Positions 54,447-62,497 of a DNA stretch of 64,000 nt are shown here, one piece after another (the stretch's first letter is position 1; each line of letters opens with the position of its first letter). The translations under genes and the position numbers were made by a program. The stretch lies in the NCBI GenBank assembly GCA_965223905.1, contig CBDCXV010000001.1:512001-576000 (forward strand). The letters run 5' to 3'. The notes under the pieces were generated by a model that was not told the DNA's origin, did no database searches, and saw nothing but the letters and a program-made list of their open reading frames with translations. Origin of the DNA: Candidatus Latescibacterota bacterium. GTDB taxonomy: Bacteria > Latescibacterota > UBA2968 > UBA8231.

Positions 54447-54510
54447 AATTTGTCTTATGATCGGCGTTCCGTAGGTTCGAAGCAGCCAACGAACCCAGGA
54501 GGACCGACGT

Positions 54511-55824
54511 ATGAAAAAACCAGAAACCATCGCTGCCCCGGAGGGGAAGCTCGGCGTGCTGATCCCGGGGATGGGCGCCGTCGCCACCACCTTCATCGCC
54601 GGTGTGGAGGCGATCAAGGCCGGCCTCGGCGAACCGGTCGGATCGCTGACCCAGATGGGCGCCATCCGCCTGGGCAAGCGCACCGAGGACCGCTCCCCCC
54701 TCATCAGGGAGTTCGTCCCGCTCGCCGGCCTGGAGGACCTCGTCTTCGCCGGCTGGGACGTCTTTCCCGACGATGCCTACGAGGCGGCGACCCACGCCGG
54801 GGTTATCGAGCAGAAGACACTCGATCAGCTGCGGGATTCACTGGCGGCCGTCGCCCCGATGAAGGCGGTTTTCGACCGCGACTACGTGAAGCGGCTCGAG
54901 GGCTCGCACGTGAAGCAGGGCAAGAACAAGTGGGACATGGCCCTGCAGGCGCGCGAGGATATCCAGCGCTTCCGCAGCGACAACGGCCTCGAACGGGCGG
55001 TGATGATCTGGTGCGGCAGCACCGAGGTCTTCCTCGAAGAGGGCAAGGCGCACGCCAGCGTCGAGGCGTTCGAGAAGGGCCTGCGGGAGAACGACCCGTC
55101 GATCGCCCCGAGCATGATCTACGCGTACGCGGCGCTGAGCGAGGGGGTGCCCTACCTCAACGGGGCGCCCAACCTCACCGTCGACATTCCCGCGATGGTC
55201 GAGTTGGCGAAGGCCAACCGGGTGCCGATCGCCGGCAAGGACTTCAAGACCGGCCAGACCCTGATGAAGACGCTGCTGGCCCCCGGCCTGAAAGCGCGGA
55301 TGCTGGGAGTGCGCGGCTGGTTCTCGACCAACATCCTCGGCAACCGGGACGGCGAGGTGCTCGACGATCCCGATTCGTTCAAGACCAAGGAGGAGTCGAA
55401 GCTCGGCGTCCTCGACTACATCCTGCAGCCGCATCTCTACCCGTCGCTCTACGGCGAGCTGTACCACAAGGTGCGCATCAACTACTACCCTCCGCGCGGC
55501 GACGAAAAGGAGGGGTGGGACAACATCGACATCTTCGGCTGGCTCGGGTACCCGATGCAGATCAAGGTCGACCTGCTCTGCCGCGACAGCATCCTGGCGG
55601 CGCCGCTGGTGCTCGATCTCGTTCTCTTCGCCGACCTCGCCCAGCGCGCCGGGATGAACGGCGTCCAGGAGTGGCTGTCGTTCTATTTCAAGAACCCGCA
55701 GACGGCGCCGGAGCTCTACCCGGAGCACGATCTGTTCATTCAGTTGATGAAGCTGAAGAACACGCTGCGCTACCTGCAGGGTGAGGAACTGATCACCCAC
55801 CTCGGCCACGAGTACTACGACTGA
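54511..55824 (+). CDS. ino1: myo-inositol-1-phosphate synthase
   Basis: AGGAGG RBS; motifs GMGAVATT, WCGSTE, NGAPN, AGKDFKTGQT, STNILGNRDG, YYPPRGD.K and CRDSILAAPLVLDL. Confidence 0.96.
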   Translation: MKKPETIAAPEGKLGVLIPGMGAVATTFIAGVEAIKAGLGEPVGSLTQMGAIRLGKRTEDRSPLIREFVPLAGLEDLVFAGWDVFPDDAYEAATHAGVIEQKTLDQLRDSLAAVAPMKAVFDRDYVKRLEGSHVKQGKNKWDMALQAREDIQRFRSDNGLERAVMIWCGSTEVFLEEGKAHASVEAFEKGLRENDPSIAPSMIYAYAALSEGVPYLNGAPNLTVDIPAMVELAKANRVPIAGKDFKTGQTLMKTLLAPGLKARMLGVRGWFSTNILGNRDGEVLDDPDSFKTKEESKLGVLDYILQPHLYPSLYGELYHKVRINYYPPRGDEKEGWDNIDIFGWLGYPMQIKVDLLCRDSILAAPLVLDLVLFADLAQRAGMNGVQEWLSFYFKNPQTAPELYPEHDLFIQLMKLKNTLRYLQGEELITHLGHEYYD

Positions 55825-55833
55825 AGGGATGGA

Positions 55834-55906
55834 GCGGCGGGCAGGAGAAGCGGAGCCCGGAGGAATGCTTCCATTCCCGGGCGCGTGCCCGCGGCTCTCC
55901 CGCCGC
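55834..55906. terminator. long GC-rich hairpin between convergent genes
   Basis: Outer arms GCGGCGGG/CCCGCCGC enclose GCCCGG-AGGAATG-CTTC-CATTCC-CGGGC. Confidence 0.45.
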
Positions 55907-55972
55907 CGGAAGACGAACGGAAGGGGTAAGAATCGTTCGGGGTAGTGCGGCCCGAGCCCCGGTAGTTCGGCT

Positions 55973-58228
55973 TTACTTCTCCCGGTCGTCCTGCAGCGGC
56001 ACGAGGCACCCTTCCATCCGGTTCCGTCGCAGCAGCACGTTCCGGCATCCCGCGTCGACGAGGATCCCGAGATCTGAGTTCTCCACCCGGTTTCCCTCGA
56101 CCACCACGTTCTCCGTCGCCCCGTCGCTGTTCCCGCCGACAACCACTTCGATCCGCGCATTGTTATGCAGGTGGTTGTTGCGCAGGACGGAGCCGAAGTG
56201 CAGGCTCGGCAGGGTGCCCTCGACGCTGAGGCGCGCCGGATAGACCAGGGGATCCTCGAAGCGGTAGCAGTTGCCCTCGCGGATCTCGTTGCCGAGGAAC
56301 TGGAGGTAGAGGTTGGGCTGGACTCCTCCCGTGTAGGAGAAGCCGTAGGCGCGGTACCCGTCGCTTCGCCAGCTGCGGTTGTTTGCGACGATGTGCTCGG
56401 TGGCGGTGCCGTAGAACTGGATGGCGATGCCGGCGTCGCGGGTCTCGTTGTCGAAGAAGATGTAGCGCCGGTGGGTCATGGTGACGGTGACCCGCGAGGT
56501 CTCGTCCAGCGGGACCTCGAACGGCCGGTCGAGCTGCACCCGCCTGCCGTCCCAGGATTTCACGGACCGGTACTGGCCGCGCCCGCGCCCGGCGATGACG
56601 GCGACGAGGGTGTTTGTCCAGTGCCGGTGATGCCACTTCGGGTCGTCCGCCAGCAGGATCCAGTCCCCTTCGACCTCGGCCACGGGGCCGAAGTACGCCC
56701 CGCCGCCGGCGTCGGAGGTAAATGCCTCCCGGTCCCAGCCGTTCATGTTCTCGTAGCTGTTGTGGGCGGTGTAGATGTTGCGGGAGACCCCCCGGGTGAA
56801 GCAGGCGTAGCCGCCGCCGGTCGACATCAGGTCGGCGCCGGCGATGCGGTTGCGCTCGAAGACGATGTTCTCGCTGCCGTTGAAGTTCATCCACCCGGAG
56901 CGCCCGTTGTAGAAGGTGTTGTCGGCCACCAGTGCCCCGACCACGTAATGGAGGTAGATGGAGCGCTCGGAGCCGTACACGTCGCAGTCCGTTATGCGGA
57001 TGTCGGGGCCGCTCAGGCGGATGGTGTCGCGCGGCCCTGGGGTGCGGGCGCGCTCCTCCTGCTTGTCCGGCGAATGGTGGCCCCTGTAGGAGTCCGCCCG
57101 TACCCGCACCCGGGTAAGGCGCACGTGGCCGGCGGTCTCCGGGTCCTCGATGGGAGCGGCCGGGGTGTGGACGGCCGCGGCCGTGTTGTTGGAGATGACG
57201 TGGTAGTGGTGGTTGCAGTAGAAGGTGAGATCCTCGATGGCGAAGTGGTGGGATCCTTCGATCCAGGCGTCGGGGGGATCGTCGGTGTCCGCCATGCAGA
57301 GGGCGGTCAGCTCGCGCCCTGCGCCGCGCAGGGTGACGTGCGGCGGGATCACCAGCTTCTCGCTGACGACGAAACGGCCCCGCGGTACCAACACGACAGC
57401 TCCCCCGCGTTCGCCAGCCTCTTTGAGCGCCGCCTTGATCGCCGCGGTGTCGTCCTCCTTGTCGTCCCCGGCGGCCCCGAAAGCGGCCACGTCGAGCAGG
57501 AGTTGCTCCTTCTCCTTCTCCCGGTGAAGGACCGCGATGTCGAGCGGCTCGCTCCAGGCCTGCTCGCCGCCGTGGCCGTTGTGCACGAACAGCTCGTAGC
57601 GGCCCGGGGTCAGCTCTTCCGGCACCGTCACCGCCAGGGAGAAAGGCTCGGCTTTCTCCGGTTGCAGCAGCGTCACGCGCCCGTCATCGGAGCGGAGGGC
57701 GACGGCCGGCTCCCTCTCACCCAGCTTCAGACAGCGCCCGACGATGCGCAGGCCGCCCCCGGCATGGACGGCGCCGTCCTCGAGGCGCCACTCGCCGAAA
57801 GGGGTGCGGTCGGTGACGGCGTCGCCGAGCGTCCACCAGGGCACCGGCAGGTTGATGCGCCCGGAGCCCGCGGTTCCGGCTCCGGAATGCAGGGCGTAGA
57901 AGAACACGCCCTGCTCATCCGCGGGCAGCTCGAACATCAGGGCGGTCTCGCTCGCCTGCAGCGGCTTCACCGCTTCGGGCAGGTCCCGGTCCGCGGGGAG
58001 CTTCCAGGGCCGGCCCGAAGGCTCGCCGGGTTTCTGGTCCGGAAGCCGCTCCAGCGCAACCTCCAGGTCGTCGGGCTGCGGGAAAAAGCCGCACATCATG
58101 ACGGTCTCCCCGGGCTGAACCGGGGCCGAGACCCAGTAGACCGCGGGATCTTCCGCGAGCGCCGCGGAGCCGGCGAGGGCGGAGGCGACAACGGCTGAGG
58201 GGAGATGCGAGGGAATCATTACGGCCAT
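55973..58228 (-). CDS. exported right-handed beta-helix protein (pectate lyase 3 / GH28-related)
   Basis: Signal peptide, Ig-like N-terminal domains, LDVAAFGAAGDDKEDDTAAIKAAL...VPRGRFVV...VTLRGAG and Asn-ladder repeats. Confidence 0.85.
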   Translation of the reverse strand: MAVMIPSHLPSAVVASALAGSAALAEDPAVYWVSAPVQPGETVMMCGFFPQPDDLEVALERLPDQKPGEPSGRPWKLPADRDLPEAVKPLQASETALMFELPADEQGVFFYALHSGAGTAGSGRINLPVPWWTLGDAVTDRTPFGEWRLEDGAVHAGGGLRIVGRCLKLGEREPAVALRSDDGRVTLLQPEKAEPFSLAVTVPEELTPGRYELFVHNGHGGEQAWSEPLDIAVLHREKEKEQLLLDVAAFGAAGDDKEDDTAAIKAALKEAGERGGAVVLVPRGRFVVSEKLVIPPHVTLRGAGRELTALCMADTDDPPDAWIEGSHHFAIEDLTFYCNHHYHVISNNTAAAVHTPAAPIEDPETAGHVRLTRVRVRADSYRGHHSPDKQEERARTPGPRDTIRLSGPDIRITDCDVYGSERSIYLHYVVGALVADNTFYNGRSGWMNFNGSENIVFERNRIAGADLMSTGGGYACFTRGVSRNIYTAHNSYENMNGWDREAFTSDAGGGAYFGPVAEVEGDWILLADDPKWHHRHWTNTLVAVIAGRGRGQYRSVKSWDGRRVQLDRPFEVPLDETSRVTVTMTHRRYIFFDNETRDAGIAIQFYGTATEHIVANNRSWRSDGYRAYGFSYTGGVQPNLYLQFLGNEIREGNCYRFEDPLVYPARLSVEGTLPSLHFGSVLRNNHLHNNARIEVVVGGNSDGATENVVVEGNRVENSDLGILVDAGCRNVLLRRNRMEGCLVPLQDDREK

Positions 58229-58313
58229 CCCTTCATTCGAGAGCCTGGGATTTGCCGGCCGGCGGGAACCGGCGGCAGGAGCTGCTGCGAGATTGGAAAC
58301 ACGTTCGCGAAAT

Positions 58314-59288
58314 TCACCCGGAATCAGGAAAGTGGTCTTCGGGAACCCTGGTCCGGGTGAATTCGAACCCCGGTCCCTTTGTGCAGGTCGCCCCGAAACC
58401 GAGGCCCCAGTCGTGAGGGCCCGGTCCGGCCTGCTGTTCCGCCCACTTCTTCAGGGGAACGGATTCCCAGTCGTCGCTGAACCAGTGCTGTGAAGAGGGG
58501 CTTTCGAGGGGGTTCCTGCCCAGGGGATGGGAGCCGTCCCCCATGGCGCCCAGGAGCTGCCGGCGGATCGGCGAGCTGCGGTCGATCAGCTCCCGGTCCT
58601 GCTCGACATGGCCGCTGGGGCGTATCCAGCGGGGTCCGTAGCTGATGTAGATCGCCTTGCGGAAGCTCCTCGACAGGTTCGGGGTCACGCTGTGCAGCAG
58701 GGTGGGCCGCCACAACATCGCGCTTCCCGCCGGGGCGCGCAGCTCGAAGATATCGGCCGGATCGACCCGGGATTCCCAGGCAGCGCGCTGTTCCCTGTTC
58801 CATCGGAAGCTGCCCGGCACCAGCAGTATGGTGCTGTGGCCGGGCTCCGAATGATCCGATATGTACCAGCCGACCTTGAAGTCGAGAAGCGGCATGGTGC
58901 CGTCGACCGTGGTGCCGCCGAACTCCTCCTCGTAGTCGGAATGCCATCCCAGCGACAGCCGGCCGGGATCGGCCTCTTCCGCCGCGGGCGCCTTGCAGTC
59001 GAGGACGCTGTCACGGTTCTGGATGTTCCACCCCATGACGTCGACCACAAGGGACAGAATCCGGGGGTGGTCCATCAGGTCGAGAATCGCCTCGTGCCTG
59101 GAGACGGCGTTCCGCAAAACGACGCTTTCCCCGGGTGCCTGACCACGCCTTTCCCGGCTCTGTTCGGCCACATCGTCGACGGCCGCCGATACCCGGGAAA
59201 GCTCGGGCGGAGTCAGCAGGCTTTCCAGGATGGTGAAGCCCCGTCCGTTGAGCTCCTCCCGCTGCCGGGCGGTTACGGCAATCGTCAT
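58314..59288 (-). CDS. phytanoyl-CoA dioxygenase (PhyH) family Fe(II)/2OG oxygenase
   Basis: GFTILESLL, WHSD (HxD), VPGS, APAGSAMLW...LLH and R..I.ISY. Confidence 0.88.
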   Translation of the reverse strand: MTIAVTARQREELNGRGFTILESLLTPPELSRVSAAVDDVAEQSRERRGQAPGESVVLRNAVSRHEAILDLMDHPRILSLVVDVMGWNIQNRDSVLDCKAPAAEEADPGRLSLGWHSDYEEEFGGTTVDGTMPLLDFKVGWYISDHSEPGHSTILLVPGSFRWNREQRAAWESRVDPADIFELRAPAGSAMLWRPTLLHSVTPNLSRSFRKAIYISYGPRWIRPSGHVEQDRELIDRSSPIRRQLLGAMGDGSHPLGRNPLESPSSQHWFSDDWESVPLKKWAEQQAGPGPHDWGLGFGATCTKGPGFEFTRTRVPEDHFPDSG

Positions 59289-59495
59289 CGGACTGCCCTC
59301 CTTAAGCGCCGCGGACTCAAGCGATATATTTTGTGGCCTTCGATTTCGGTTACTTCTCTATCGAAGTTATCTCTATCCACTTGGGTTGGCCGGCTCTTGC
59401 GCGCGACACCGGCGCCTTTTGCAGGCACCAGTATTGCGCTGAAGGTTGCCATCGGGGACAGGTAATTTTGGGGCCCCGTCCGGCTTGTGCAAACG

Positions 59496-59621
59496 GATGT
59501 CGAAGCCTACGAATATGGCATGACGTCCCGAGACCGCAGGGATATCAGAAGGATCATTTTTCAGCACTTCGAGTACATTGAAGAGCAGTGGGATGAGTTT
59601 CAGAGGAGACGCCAAGTATGA
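59496..59621 (+). pseudogene. 5'-truncated DUF4160-like gene remnant
   Basis: Missing from the ORF track. Hand translation gives DVEAYEYGMTSRDRRDIRRIIFQHFEYIEEQWDEFQRRRQV*. In-frame TAA at 59463, no HxH N-terminal half, and the stop overlaps the DUF2442 ATG (ATGA). Confidence 0.6.
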
Positions 59622-59887
59622 CCAAATACCACGATGTACGAGACATTCGGTTCAAGGGAAAAAAATTTGTAGCAACGATCGACGGCGAGGAGTGGAGCTT
59701 CGAGTTAAGGGAGATTTCGCGCGCGTTACTGAATGCCTCGGAGGAAGAGAGGAACAGTCACGAGATCTCTCCTTCGGGATACGGCCTCCATTGGCCTCTC
59801 CTGGATGAGGACCTGTCGATAGATGGGCTGTTGGGGATATTCCATAGGCCCGCAGAAGACGAGGCAGAGAAACCCTCTCAGGCCTGA
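59618..59887 (+). CDS. DUF2442 domain protein (putative antitoxin)
   Basis: LLNASEEERN.HEISPSGYGLHWPLLDEDLSIDGLL. Confidence 0.88.
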   Translation: MTKYHDVRDIRFKGKKFVATIDGEEWSFELREISRALLNASEEERNSHEISPSGYGLHWPLLDEDLSIDGLLGIFHRPAEDEAEKPSQA

Positions 59888-60037
59888 AAATACCCCGGCT
59901 TGCGGATTCCGAATTCCTTGGTGGGCCGTGCTGCTCCCCAAGGCTGCGGACGGTCCGAAAAATGTCTCTTCCCCGCTGAAAGCCTCAGTACCTAACCGTA
60001 TTCCAAGCCGGCTCATTTCAAATTCTCGCCGTCTTCC

Positions 60038-60480
60038 TGGACCCGGAACGGGCAGCTTCACCAGTTGCGCCGGGGGCTTTACTCCCTGGCGCCGCCCTTC
60101 CGGAAGGTGAGACCCCATCCATTCGTTGTGGCCAACCGCCTGGTGCCAGGTTCCTACGTGAGTTGCCAGGCGGCCCTGACCCACCGCTACCTGATCCCGG
60201 AGTTCACGCCGGTGATCACCAGCGTCTGCACCGGAAGGCCCGGCCGCCGGGATACGCCCCTGGTCCGGTGCCAATTCCGCCACCTCGGGGCTCGCCTGCT
60301 GTACGGCTACCAGTGGGTCGACCTCGGAGACGGCCAGCAGGCATTCGTGGCCAGTCCGGAGAAAGCCCTGCTGGACCTGGTTCACCTGCAACCCGGGGCG
60401 GAAGGAATCGCCTACCTGCGGGAGTTGCGCCTGCAGAACCTTCACCTGCTCGATGCGGGTGAGCTGCAGCGCCTCGCAGT
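60038..60480 (+). pseudogene. AbiEi-like (type IV TA antitoxin / transcriptional regulator) remnant
   Basis: W.RNGQL.QLRRGLY, ANRL..GSYVS...AL...LIPE...ITSV and ASPEKALLD. N-terminus is missing (in-frame TAA at 59993) and no AbiEii gene follows. Confidence 0.65.
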
Positions 60481-60566
60481 GCCATCCGGCTGTTCTGGTT
60501 TTTCCCGGTTGGGAGATCAAACAGCACACAGCCGCTTGAGCGAAAAATCGGTTCCAACTGAACTGG

Positions 60567-61210
60567 TCATCGAAACGCCGCACCGGGCTCCAGGCCGAGT
60601 ATTGCCAGGCACCTCTGTGTCAGCTCATCCACACTGGCTGCATTTACATCCATACTGACCAGTCCATGCCGCCTGACTGCTTCCATCATTTGCGCGTTGT
60701 AGAGCAGGCTGCGTGCCAGAAACTGTCCACCAGGATCCTTTCGCTGCGGGGTTTTGTTCGGTACAGGCTTCCCGCGCGAATTCTCTGCTCAAACACCTCG
60801 TCGCTCGCTGTTAGCCAAACAGCAGCGAGGCTGGCAACATTCAGGGTCGCTGCAAATCCCGGCCACAGGGCGGATCCTTCCAAAATCACCCGCTCCTTGG
60901 ATGTATCGGTGGAGGCCGCCGCAATGATCGCCTCGACTTGCGGCCACACATTGATCTTGTAGTGATGGAGCATGTCCTCCATCAATTCGCGCACCGACAG
61001 GGAGAGATAGTGCCTGGCCACATGGTCGGGCACCTGGTGCGGATCAGGCCATGGGCGCCCGGGGTGCCGGGCAAGTTTGTCCGTGGAGATCCGGGTCCAT
61101 CCAAGCTTGCGGACAGCGCGTCGGCCAGTGTCGATTTTCCGACGTGGGATGAACCTCCTATGAGGATCACTCGCAAGTCAGCAGGTTGTTGCGCATTCGT
61201 TGATGTGTTG
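60567..61210 (-). pseudogene. P-loop kinase (2-phosphoglycerate kinase-like) with two frameshifts
   Basis: VILIGGSSHVGKST, frameshift near 61100 to WTRISTDKLARHPGRPW...ILEGSALWP, then a second near 60718 to LARSLLYNAQMMEAVRRHG...GAAFR* (stop at 60567). Confidence 0.7.
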
Positions 61211-61388
61211 AAGACAGTGAGGGCATCCCGGCGTGCCGTTGGCGATTGAGCATGACTGCTCGTAGCGCTGGGCATTGACGGGATTTTTTTCCCTGCGGCG
61301 CGGAGGCTTGTGTACGCCACCGTTCCGAGTGCAATTAACCGGATTGGTCATCGGATTGGTCATCGCGGCCCACCCGGGCATGGACGGG

Positions 61389-62465
61389 TCAGTTGCCGAC
61401 GAGGTGCACGCTGCCGGAGCCGGTGTCGATGACGATCCGGCCCCGGCCGTCGCCGATCAGACCGCGTAAATGGTTCCGGCTCACGGACCGGGCCCGGACC
61501 GGTATGTCCGAATCGATGCCTCCGTTGCCAGTGTCGATCTCGATGGCCGCCCCTAGATCGGCAGGAACTGATACTGTGACCGACCCGGAACCGGTATCGA
61601 CATCGAGCGTATCGACGTCGGTGAGGAGTTCCAGCTCGACCGACCCGGAGCCGGTGTCAACCGCAATGTCGGGGGACGCAACGCCCTTCAGTTTTACGCT
61701 CCCGGAGCCAGTGTCGACGATCAAACGCCGGGCCTGTACCGCGCGGGCGCTCACGCCCCCGGATCCGGTATCGAGCTCGACTTTGTCGCCTGCGGTCAGG
61801 TTCTCCACGTCGATGCTTCCCGATCCGGTATCGACGCTCAAGTTTCCGCCCATGCCGCTGACGCGCACCCTCCCGGCGCCTGTGTCGATCGCAAGGGCGC
61901 CTGACATGGCGGTGGCAGTCACGGATCCTGCTCCCATGTCGAGGTCCAGGCGGCCGTCGACCCCGCGCGCCTCGATGGCGCCTGCGCCGAGATACACCGC
62001 GGCGCGCTGCCCGACAGGCACCTCGATCACAAGGTCCGCCCAAGCCTCGATCCCATCTCCGGAACCCCGAATGGTGACGCGGTCTCCGCCCCAACCGAGC
62101 AAAGCGAAAAGGGCGGAAACCCCGTCGGGAAAGGTGCCGTCGGCGGCTACGATCAAGTTTTTGCGGGAGCCCCCGAACTCCGGATAGACGATCTCGTCCC
62201 CTGGATAAACGACCCGCAGCGTCTGACGGCCGCGGGTCTCGCCGGTCTCGACGCGCAGTCGTCCGGCGTCATTGCCGCCGCGACTGACGCGCACCACGAC
62301 ATCGGCGCCCTCTCCGCGCACGATCTCCATGCGGCCGGCCAGGTTGTAGACGGCGACCTCCGATCCGCGGAGCCGCTCGACTTCCTGCGCCGCTGATACC
62401 CGCCGCGGCGGCGCGAGCGCCAGCACCCCCAGCATCGTCCCCAGCCTCCACTCTTTCGTCGTCAT
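61389..62465 (-). CDS. DUF4097 family beta-strand repeat (putative adhesin) exported protein
   Basis: GGAGG RBS, ATG 62465, signal peptide, and about nine DTGSGSV-like repeats. Confidence 0.88.
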   Translation of the reverse strand: MTTKEWRLGTMLGVLALAPPRRVSAAQEVERLRGSEVAVYNLAGRMEIVRGEGADVVVRVSRGGNDAGRLRVETGETRGRQTLRVVYPGDEIVYPEFGGSRKNLIVAADGTFPDGVSALFALLGWGGDRVTIRGSGDGIEAWADLVIEVPVGQRAAVYLGAGAIEARGVDGRLDLDMGAGSVTATAMSGALAIDTGAGRVRVSGMGGNLSVDTGSGSIDVENLTAGDKVELDTGSGGVSARAVQARRLIVDTGSGSVKLKGVASPDIAVDTGSGSVELELLTDVDTLDVDTGSGSVTVSVPADLGAAIEIDTGNGGIDSDIPVRARSVSRNHLRGLIGDGRGRIVIDTGSGSVHLVGN

Positions 62466-62497
62466 CGTTTTCCTCCTTTGCGGGCGGTAGCCTGGAC

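Noticed and set aside
61340-61363. 12-bp tandem repeat CGGATTGGTCAT x2
   Set aside because: Only two copies in an intergenic gap; consistent with a slippage duplication, with no functional support.
61389-61960. Regularly spaced DNA repeats resembling an array
   Set aside because: They are degenerate codons for the DTGSGSV repeats of the DUF4097 protein, not CRISPR repeats.
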